Part shown: piece by piece, positions 6,529 through 13,457 of the stretch
Numbering within the stretch: position 1 is the stretch's first letter
Layout: every line of letters begins with the position of its first letter
Assembly (NCBI GenBank): GCA_025058425.1
Contig: JANXEG010000012.1
Span: forward strand, 5,442-29,441
Reading direction: 5' to 3'
Origin: Nitrososphaerales archaeon
Lineage (GTDB): Archaea; Thermoproteota; Nitrososphaeria; Nitrososphaerales; JANXEG01
Length of the DNA stretch: 24,000 bases
Made by a program: the position numbers and the translations under genes
Notes under the pieces: model-generated
What the model saw: only the letters and a program-made list of their open reading frames with translations
What the model was told of the DNA's origin: nothing
Database searches by the model: none

Positions 6529-9096
6529 GGGCCTATGCTCAACCTTAAGAATCGCATCGATATCGTCTAGAGTCGTTCGCTCTCCATTCAAAATCCTTTG
6601 AAATATCTCTATTCCCGCATATTTGTTAAGGTACTCATTATTGTTACCACAACGGTATGAATACGTGCATCTTGGACACCCACTCTCCGATGTGCAGTTA
6701 CACTCTGTCAAGATTTTATAACCCCTATTCAAGATAGGAATCAATCGTTCATAAAGGGCTCTCGTTGCACCGTTGCCACCTACTGAACCATCGTAGATAA
6801 ATATTAATCCCGATGTACCGAGCGAGATACCGCCCATATCCCTCCCAGCACCTCCCGTAATCATATCACTACCTTCAATAATTACATGCTCGGTCGCATG
6901 AAAGCCACTCGCAATCACCTCATCCCACTTCTCCTTAGGTATTTTACTCAACTTATCCTTTGGTATGGGTGCTTTAAACACGATACCCTTCGTATTGAAT
7001 GAGTATTCAATAGGATCTTTAAGAAAGATCTTTATACCCTTTAAAGCATCAGAACCTATCTCATGATTTACATACCCTACGACCCTCTTGAGAATTGAAA
7101 GTTCGCAGTACACAACATCTACATTTAAGACCTTCTTTCTCTCTATAATCTTCTGTACGTTAGGCCATTCTTCCAACAGAGCTTTTGTATAGTAAGGATA
7201 ATTGGGAGGGACCTTCTCTACGACCGCTTCGCCAACCCTTCCATCGAATTTAAAGCTGATCGATCTATACCGCTCACCTTCAAGAAAGTATATCGCCTCT
7301 GGATGAAGCTCTTCGATGGCCATTGGCATATTTCGCTCACCGACCTTCTTCCTTCCATATACGATCGAAACGGTTTCGCCACATCCACGTATATCATACT
7401 TTTGAAGGATCTTTCTCGCCTGAGGATAATTCGGCTTTAATCTACCATCACTCTCTACAAGTAAGCCTTTCGATAACAGATTATTTAAAATCAGTCTGTA
7501 TGAGGGGAACTCTCCCTTTAAGATCGGTCTGTCGAAGGAAGAGGCGAGGATCTGAAGTTCGGCAACGGTCGGATTCTTTGGATCGATGTAACCGAGCTCG
7601 ATATCTTCAAAGTAATCCTGAGGGTTCATTCTATAGTATTGGCTGATAGGGTCGTTCTCTCTCAATACGAGGAAAGCTATACTCTCCTGACCCCTTCTCC
7701 CCACTCTACCAGTCCTTTGGATCAAGCGTGTTACATTGACCAACTCGGATATCACAGAATCTACGATCCCGATATCTATGCCCAATTCTAAAGTGGGTGT
7801 AGAAGAAAGGGCCTTTAAGAGGGCCCGCTTGAAGAGATCTTCGACCTTTTTCCTATGGCTCGGTAATAGACCAGCCCTATGAACACCAATTGCTATACCA
7901 TTTCTCCTCGCATAGAAGGCGGTCAACTCAGCCCCAAGGTGCGAGTTGGAGAAGATGAGTGTTTGATAACCGTAAGAGTTGAGTTGCTTTAACAGGTCGA
8001 TTACGAGTGAACGGTGAGTTCGAAGTGTAGGAAATAGCATTACGAAGTGTATCCTACCATGCTTACCCTTTTCACCACTTACCACTTTGAATTCGACATC
8101 GAAGAGGGCTTCACAAAACTCCTTCGGGTTACTTATCGTTGCGGAAGCGGCGATGATCTGAAACCTACCTGTAATCCTCCTGAGCCTCTTCATAATATAG
8201 TGAACGTTTGCACCGAAGATCCCCGTATATACGTGAACTTCATCGACTACGATATACTTAACGGTATGAATGATCCTCGAAAATGGTGTGCGGTGCATCA
8301 GATGTAAATGGAGTGTATCGAAATTCGTTAAAATGATCTCAGGAGGGTCTTTGATAATACGTTGCCGCTCATCTCTTGGAGTATCACCATCAAAGATCTT
8401 CACCCTTACACCTACGGCATCACCGAGCCTTTCGAGTTTCGGCAATTGGTCCCGCGCCAAAGCTTTCGTTGGATAGATGAATAGGGCAGAAACCCCACGG
8501 TATGATGAATAATATCGATCGATATGCTCTGAAATTTTATGGATGATAGGGATCGCGAAGGCCTCGGTCTTCCCACTCCCCGTAGGCGCTACAATGACGA
8601 TATCTTCACCATTCAGTATAAGGTCGATGGCTTCTTCTTGAAAATGGTAGACACGCTCTATCCCACTATCTTTAAGTACTTCGATGAGTTTTTTGTTTAT
8701 ATTTAACTCATCGACCTTACAGCCATACTTCGGTTCTTCTTCCTCAAAGAGTCTATAGGTGACTACGTAATCGCTCCTGCTCAACAGAGCCTTCCTTACG
8801 GGTTCGGGCAGTTCATTGAGAGTGAGGCCGAAAGAATTCACCATACGCTCGATTTCACCCTTAGAACGAATCAAGCCCTCCATCTCTAGCATCTTCTCCA
8901 TATCTACATTCTTCTTCACGACCCCTCGATCAAACTCTTCAAGAAAGCTTAGGTAAACCCTATCCAGAGTATCTCCTCCCTTAATCACGTGGCATATCGC
9001 ACATCTACTGCACCGAATGATATACCTACCGTCGTAAAGCCTCTGAATATCGGTCTGGCCTCTGCATGAAGGGCAGCGATACCTATACACAACCAT
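6520..9096 (-). CDS. SF2 DEAH-box helicase, Hel112/YprA(MrfA)/Hrq1-like, with N-terminal zinc ribbon and C-terminal DUF1998-type Cys cluster
   Basis: Motif I APTGSGKTEAF, motif II DEVH, motif III SAT, motif VI QRTGRVGRRG. C-terminal CNC-x5-CPRC-x5-C at nt 6649-6702. N-terminal C-x2-C-x17-C-x2-C-x2-C at nt 8992-9075. Confidence 0.85.
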   Translation of the reverse strand: MVVYRYRCPSCRGQTDIQRLYDGRYIIRCSRCAICHVIKGGDTLDRVYLSFLEEFDRGVVKKNVDMEKMLEMEGLIRSKGEIERMVNSFGLTLNELPEPVRKALLSRSDYVVTYRLFEEEEPKYGCKVDELNINKKLIEVLKDSGIERVYHFQEEAIDLILNGEDIVIVAPTGSGKTEAFAIPIIHKISEHIDRYYSSYRGVSALFIYPTKALARDQLPKLERLGDAVGVRVKIFDGDTPRDERQRIIKDPPEIILTNFDTLHLHLMHRTPFSRIIHTVKYIVVDEVHVYTGIFGANVHYIMKRLRRITGRFQIIAASATISNPKEFCEALFDVEFKVVSGEKGKHGRIHFVMLFPTLRTHRSLVIDLLKQLNSYGYQTLIFSNSHLGAELTAFYARRNGIAIGVHRAGLLPSHRKKVEDLFKRALLKALSSTPTLELGIDIGIVDSVISELVNVTRLIQRTGRVGRRGQESIAFLVLRENDPISQYYRMNPQDYFEDIELGYIDPKNPTVAELQILASSFDRPILKGEFPSYRLILNNLLSKGLLVESDGRLKPNYPQARKILQKYDIRGCGETVSIVYGRKKVGERNMPMAIEELHPEAIYFLEGERYRSISFKFDGRVGEAVVEKVPPNYPYYTKALLEEWPNVQKIIERKKVLNVDVVYCELSILKRVVGYVNHEIGSDALKGIKIFLKDPIEYSFNTKGIVFKAPIPKDKLSKIPKEKWDEVIASGFHATEHVIIEGSDMITGGAGRDMGGISLGTSGLIFIYDGSVGGNGATRALYERLIPILNRGYKILTECNCTSESGCPRCTYSYRCGNNNEYLNKYAGIEIFQRILNGERTTLDDIDAILKVEHRPMV

Positions 9097-9118
9097 AGTT
9101 ACGATAGATGCACGATAA

Positions 9119-9126
9119 GAATTTAT
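9119..9126 (-). promoter_or_regulatory. TATA-like box (ATAAATTC on the minus strand) about 26 nt upstream of the helicase ATG
   Basis: Position and sequence only. It implies the helicase may have its own promoter inside the 75-bp gap after the 98-aa gene. Confidence 0.3.
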
Positions 9127-9171
9127 CCTAGGGGTTAGAGGTATCGATTTACAAATTTTAAAAAGGTATTA

Positions 9172-9468
9172 CTATTTGTAGACTTCGGTCGAGCTACCCT
9201 TTTGAGACGGGGCTACAGCGATCTGATCCCTTGGTAATAAGTAGATCCTTTCGGGCGGTATAACGGTTACGCTCTGTTGTAAAGCGATATTGTAGTGAGG
9301 AGTACCGTCTGGATTCTTAAAGTCCAATGCAACACCCGCTCTACCTATATCGATCTTTACTTCTACGATAGCACCGTCCTCCAACTGAAAGGTGACCGTG
9401 GTCGAGCCGATCGGTTTCGCACTTAGCCATTTAAACCTTATAAATTCTTTACTCAAACTCGATTCCAC
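9172..9468 (-). CDS. Hypothetical protein, 98 aa, beta-strand-rich, no family recognised
   Basis: Uninterrupted ORF with a GTG start, on the same strand as the helicase and 75 bp upstream of it. Alternating hydrophobic pattern (TTVTFQLEDGAIVEVKIDIGRAGVALDF). I recognise no motif. Confidence 0.5.
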   Translation of the reverse strand: MESSLSKEFIRFKWLSAKPIGSTTVTFQLEDGAIVEVKIDIGRAGVALDFKNPDGTPHYNIALQQSVTVIPPERIYLLPRDQIAVAPSQKGSSTEVYK

Positions 9469-9490
9469 CTATTATATATCTCAAAAGATG

Positions 9491-9504
9491 TAAAAATATT
9501 TATT
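9491..9504 (-). promoter_or_regulatory. TATA-like box (AATAAATATTTTTA on the minus strand) about 22-29 nt upstream of the GTG of the 98-aa gene
   Basis: Position and sequence only. Confidence 0.3.
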
Positions 9505-9581
9505 CCTTGAGCATATGGTAAGAGATCATTAATAAATATCCTCACATATTCATCAATTTAAATACATTCACTTTATGATAG

Positions 9582-9598
9582 AGATTTAAATTAAATCT
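9582..9598. repeat. Perfect 17-bp palindrome agatttaa-a-ttaaatct
   Basis: Read directly: 8-bp arms around a single central base. Confidence 0.9.
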
Positions 9599-9637
9599 GC
9601 TGCTCCTTTAATCGATGACTAGCGATATCATTATCAT

Positions 9638-9692
9638 TTAGTGTCAGATCTGCAAGAAAAAAATTATTTTTTCCTTAAAAATCTGACACTAA
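9638..9692. repeat. Perfect 12-bp inverted repeat TTAGTGTCAGAT / ATCTGACACTAA separated by a 31-nt A/T-rich spacer containing A7 and T6 runs
   Basis: Read directly. The arms are 9638-9649 and 9681-9692. The spacer is ctgcaagaaaaaaattattttttccttaaaa. Confidence 0.9.
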
Positions 9693-9755
9693 CAAATGGA
9701 GTTACCTTTAGGATTTACGTTATACGTTAGATAAAATTCGGATGAAATTCACCTT

Positions 9756-9790
9756 GAATTCTGAACTCTGAAATCTGAAATCTGAACTCT
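9756..9790. repeat. Five in-phase heptad repeats GAAnTCT (gaattct gaactct gaaatct gaaatct gaactct)
   Basis: Read directly. Related gaaattc (9744-9750) and aaaattc (9734-9740) lie just upstream. The array sits about 40 bp downstream of the cofC stop codon. Confidence 0.9.
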
Positions 9791-9829
9791 GTACGATCAA
9801 ATGTGGTAATTGCGAAAAGATTGGGAATA

Positions 9830-10495
9830 CTATGTTAGTGCTCGAATCTTAAGGATTCTCTCCTTGACCTTTTTGAGGAATGAATAAGTAGCAGTCTTTG
9901 ATGGATTTGATAGATAGATGCTAATATCCTCTAATGAATCTATGTCCAGCATCACACGCTTTGAAAGGTAGATCTTCGTCTTTGCACCTATACTAAGGCT
10001 GAGTCTTAAATGGTTATGGAAGCTGTCTTCATCGTAAAATGTTCGAATCAAATCGGGAGGGTTTAGAAAAAGGGCATTCGTTCCATTCAATCTTAACGCT
10101 GGCGTAATGACCATTACTCGAGGACCATCTGCCATCTTCACGATATTATCGATATCGATGGGTGATAAGAGTGGTATATCGGATGGAAATATGATGATCG
10201 AATCGATACCATCTTTAAGGCAGAGCTGAACCGCTTTATTAACAGCGGCATTCACCCCCTCGTCCCGCTCTTCTTTTAATATACTCACTCCAAACTTCAT
10301 CGAAAGATTCAATACTCTCTGATCGGGGCTTACTACGATTACTCTTTTTATAGAGTTTGAATCCTTAATCGCTTTTAATACATCATTTAACATACAGAGG
10401 GTAAGTTCGCACCTCTCTTCAAAGTTGAGGATCGAAGAGAGCCTCCTCTTTGCATTGATTAAACTCTTAACCGGAATGATCGCAGTGACCTCCAT
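9830..10495 (-). CDS. cofC: 2-phospho-L-lactate (or related) guanylyltransferase CofC, F420 biosynthesis
   Basis: N-terminus IIPVKSLINAKRRLSSIL..EER..L..CMLNDVL matches the CofC signature. Last gene of a cofE-cofD-cofC string, 3 bp after cofD. Confidence 0.85.
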   Translation of the reverse strand: MEVTAIIPVKSLINAKRRLSSILNFEERCELTLCMLNDVLKAIKDSNSIKRVIVVSPDQRVLNLSMKFGVSILKEERDEGVNAAVNKAVQLCLKDGIDSIIIFPSDIPLLSPIDIDNIVKMADGPRVMVITPALRLNGTNALFLNPPDLIRTFYDEDSFHNHLRLSLSIGAKTKIYLSKRVMLDIDSLEDISIYLSNPSKTATYSFLKKVKERILKIRALT

Positions 10496-10498
10496 TCA

Positions 10499-11422
10499 CT
10501 ACCCCTTCAAGCATTCAAGGACTTCGGATGCCAGCCTCTTCTCATCTTCGACGCTCTTCATCATTATATCGGTAACAAGAGGTTTAATACCCAACCTTTC
10601 GATCTCATCCTTTAAATTTGTATCGATCTTATCGATAAAGAATACATCAAGAAATTCTGAATATAACTTTGCTACCGTAAGTGGTGAGACCTTTAAGTCC
10701 AAACCATCCATCAACTTACCAGCAGGTCCGCTAAATGGTGCAGAACCCAATATTGGGCTTATACCTACTACCTTAGCGTTGGTCTTCTTCAATGCTTCTT
10801 TAATAGGCAGGATCGCTAAAGTGGGGCCAATACTTGTTATAGGATTGGCAGGGCAGATGATGATCCCTGTAGAGTTTATAATAGATTCAACAACACCGTG
10901 GGCAGGCTTTGCATTCTCAATACCACGGTAAATCACCCCTTTCACCTCATCTATAGCCTTTCTCTTTACCCAGAACTCCTGTAAATGCAAATCCTCTCCT
11001 CCTCGAGTTAATATTCTCGTCTCTATATGATGGTCAGAAGCGGGTAAGATCCTCCACTTCACACCGAGTTTTGAACGAAGTCTTTCTGTAACCGTTGATA
11101 GAGGAATACCAGACTTAAGCATAGATGTTCTTACCACATGTGTGGCAAGATCCTTATCACCTATGTTGAACCATGTATCATAACCATACTTTGCAATCTG
11201 CTCCATAAAGTGAAAAGTATCATTATGTATACCCCAACCTCTCTTCTCATCTAATATTCCAGCCAATGCATACATTACCGTATCGATATCTGGGCATATA
11301 TAAAGCCCCTCGAACCACATATTATCACCTACATTTACGATTACAACCACATCCTCAATAAGCCTGTACAAACCTCTAAGTAACTTTACCGAACCGGTAC
11401 CACCAGATATCGCAGTAATCAT
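10499..11422 (-). CDS. cofD: 2-phospho-L-lactate transferase (LPPG:FO transferase) CofD
   Basis: N-terminal SGGTGSVKLLRGL and the internal CPANPITSIGPTL motif are characteristic of CofD. It is flanked by cofE and cofC. Confidence 0.9.
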   Translation of the reverse strand: MITAISGGTGSVKLLRGLYRLIEDVVVIVNVGDNMWFEGLYICPDIDTVMYALAGILDEKRGWGIHNDTFHFMEQIAKYGYDTWFNIGDKDLATHVVRTSMLKSGIPLSTVTERLRSKLGVKWRILPASDHHIETRILTRGGEDLHLQEFWVKRKAIDEVKGVIYRGIENAKPAHGVVESIINSTGIIICPANPITSIGPTLAILPIKEALKKTNAKVVGISPILGSAPFSGPAGKLMDGLDLKVSPLTVAKLYSEFLDVFFIDKIDTNLKDEIERLGIKPLVTDIMMKSVEDEKRLASEVLECLKG

Positions 11423-11435
11423 TCATCGATCACCA

Positions 11436-12182
11436 TTAACGGAAGAGGTCTTTAGATGCACGCCTCACAAGTTCACGTGCAGAGCCTTCACCCTTGGGGT
11501 ATGGATAGCCTCGAATGATAGCTACTGGTACATTATTCAATTTACCCATCACCAACTCTGCAGCAGAGGCAAGTTCATCTGCAATGGCCATCATCGTAAC
11601 CCTTAACTCGTAACCAAAAGTATCCTTTTGACCACGATAATCTATAAATGGTTTTAATCCGGCCACACCGATCGCAACATCCACATGCCCCTCTCTCCAC
11701 GGCCTTCCAAAGGTATCGGAGATTATCACAGCTACATCGACACCTAATAATCGTTTGATAGTATCACGAATACGTTTTGCAGAACGGTCTGGATTTACCG
11801 GTAGTAATGAAACGAATCCCTTAGGAATATTCGACTGATCAACACCTCCATTGGCACATACAAAACCATGCTTTGTCTCCACGATAATAACACCACGTGC
11901 CATCTTCACTATCCTCTTCGATTCGTTAAGAATTACTTCTACCAAACGTGGATCCTTCTTAAGTAACTTGCCTATACGAATGGCAAACTTTGAGGGGGTA
12001 ATATCATCAATCCTTATCAATCTGCCCTCCGCCTTAGAAACGATCTTTTGTGTAACTACGATTATATCTCCATCTTGAAGTTTCATGCCCATCCTCTCAA
12101 TCGAGTCGATGATCAATTTGGCCAATTCGCTACCCTGATGGACTTCCGGTATACCTTTTACACCGATAATTTCGACCTTCAA
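11436..12182 (-). CDS. cofE: Coenzyme F420-0:L-glutamate ligase CofE
   Basis: Typical CofE N-terminus (GIPEV..GSELAKLI...DGDIIVVTQKIVSKAEGR) and length (248 aa). First gene of the cof string. Confidence 0.85.
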   Translation of the reverse strand: MKVEIIGVKGIPEVHQGSELAKLIIDSIERMGMKLQDGDIIVVTQKIVSKAEGRLIRIDDITPSKFAIRIGKLLKKDPRLVEVILNESKRIVKMARGVIIVETKHGFVCANGGVDQSNIPKGFVSLLPVNPDRSAKRIRDTIKRLLGVDVAVIISDTFGRPWREGHVDVAIGVAGLKPFIDYRGQKDTFGYELRVTMMAIADELASAAELVMGKLNNVPVAIIRGYPYPKGEGSARELVRRASKDLFR

Positions 12183-12333
12183 TAAATATACACCACCATC
12201 TTTAATGGGTAAGCGCAGATAAATAATATAAGAGGTAATAAGGTACTTAAGAGTGCCGAATGAAGTTGATTTAAAAGAATTAAATCGATAACTTCCAGAT
12301 TATCGTTTAGTGAGGGATAGGTGAGTTGTAAAG

Positions 12334-12591
12334 TTATTCTTCAAGAGGTAGACCAGCGCACTGAACCTCTCCTTTAACCCTCCTAATGAAATTATTACAA
12401 ACGAAACATTCGAGGAATGGTCTCTCTTTATTTAAAACCGGACAATCGATCACTTCACGTTTCATTCTCGCGATCATCCTTTTACTTAATATACCTTTAA
12501 AACTCTCCTGAAGCTCTTTCGATACTTTAAGGGCATTCTCTCTCTCAAAGACCTTTATAAAATATTTTGGTTCTTTTAGCTCTTCATGCAT
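12334..12591 (-). CDS. Hypothetical small protein, 85 aa, helical N-terminal half plus 4-Cys C-terminal half
   Basis: ATG-initiated ORF in an otherwise unassigned gap. The cysteines are arranged as C-x11-C-x2-C-x12-C (CPVLNKERPFLECFVCNNFIRRVKGEVQC). No family recognised. Confidence 0.45.
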   Translation of the reverse strand: MHEELKEPKYFIKVFERENALKVSKELQESFKGILSKRMIARMKREVIDCPVLNKERPFLECFVCNNFIRRVKGEVQCAGLPLEE

Positions 12592-12824
12592 TGGAAAACC
12601 ACCACAATTCTATTGGGAATTGAAGAATATTAAGACTTTATTAAGACTTTATGGATTAGATTGTAAAACACTCTTCATCAAGATTATTAGAGCATAATGA
12701 ACATCATTTCTATTCGAGCCTATCTACCTAATTGAGCCTTTCTCCGATCATCATCGATCAAAAAAGCATTAATATTAGAGGTAGCGAATAGTTATCAATC
12801 TGTACTGCCTAGGTGTGTTAGAGA

Positions 12825-13457
12825 ATGTCGAAGCGTAAGAAGGCTGGAAAGTTAAAGGATAAGTGGAAGGAGAAGGCATGGGTGATCGTAGAGGCACCAC
12901 CTTCATTCGGTAGCACCGTCATCGCCTCTATACCTATCACCAGCCCTGAAAAGGCGATAGGTAGGTGTGTAGAAACTACACTCTACGATATCGTCAGACA
13001 AGATCCTCAACAGTATACGATAAAGCTGTACTTTCAAATCGAGCATATAGATGGTGATAGGGCCAAAACCATCTTTAAGAGTTATGAATATTCTAGGGAT
13101 TATTTGAGAAGCTTAATACGGAGGGGATCTTCGATGGTAAACTTCATCAACGATTATACAACAAAGGATGGTGTGAAGATAAGAGTCTATACAGTATTCT
13201 TCACACAGAGTCGCATAAACTCGTCCAGAAAGCATGCGCTACGTATGATCGCCCATAACATATTGAAAGAAAAGAGTGAGAAGCTCAATTATGACCAATT
13301 CGCCCAAGAAGCGGTCTTAGGAAAGATCGCATCAGATATTTATAATGAAGCGAAGAAGATCTGTCAACTTAGACATGTAGGGATAAGGAAGATGAAGATG
13401 GTCCAAAAACCAACACCGATGATTAAAGTACCATCGGTCGAATCGGTATCCAGCTAA
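12825..13457 (+). CDS. rps3ae: 30S ribosomal protein S3Ae (eS1)
   Basis: N-terminus KKAGKLKDKWKEKAWVIVEAPPSFG and a length of 210 aa are typical of archaeal S3Ae. AGGTG lies about 10 nt upstream of the ATG. Confidence 0.9.
   Translation: MSKRKKAGKLKDKWKEKAWVIVEAPPSFGSTVIASIPITSPEKAIGRCVETTLYDIVRQDPQQYTIKLYFQIEHIDGDRAKTIFKSYEYSRDYLRSLIRRGSSMVNFINDYTTKDGVKIRVYTVFFTQSRINSSRKHALRMIAHNILKEKSEKLNYDQFAQEAVLGKIASDIYNEAKKICQLRHVGIRKMKMVQKPTPMIKVPSVESVSS

Noticed and set aside
6454-6570. A 38-aa plus-strand ORF (MGRVKVLDVKSDLYQSIPFYTILDHGPMLNLKNRIDIV) preceded by the purine-rich taaggaaggtc.
   Set aside because: It overlaps the helicase 3' end antisense, has no recognisable features or evident promoter, and part of it is encoded by the decamer repeat. 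It is most likely fortuitous.
6520-9468. The helicase with DUF1998-type cluster as part of a DISARM-like or other phage-defence system.
   Set aside because: In DISARM the helicase and the DUF1998 domain are separate proteins accompanied by methyltransferase and PLD-type genes. Here the domains are fused as in the MrfA/Hrq1/Hel112 repair helicases. The flanks are housekeeping (ABC transporter, cof operon), with no methylase, nuclease or mobile-element genes.
6491-9790. Tandem repeats (decamers at 6491-6528, heptads at 9756-9790) as a CRISPR array.
   Set aside because: The units are 7-10 bp and directly abutting with no unique spacers. No cas genes are present.
9469-9829. The AT-rich repeat-bearing spacer as a replication origin.
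   Set aside because: There is no adjacent orc1/cdc6 gene. I see no ORB or mini-ORB-like repeats flanking an unwinding element. The inverted repeat is a single copy rather than multiple recognition boxes. The idea cannot be fully excluded without replication-initiation or marker-frequency data.
12629-12653. The 11-bp tandem duplication tattaagactt x2 in the divergent spacer between the 85-aa gene and S3Ae.
   Set aside because: It has only two units, sits in an AT-rich promoter region, and has no further copies in the window. The evidence is insufficient to call a regulatory element.
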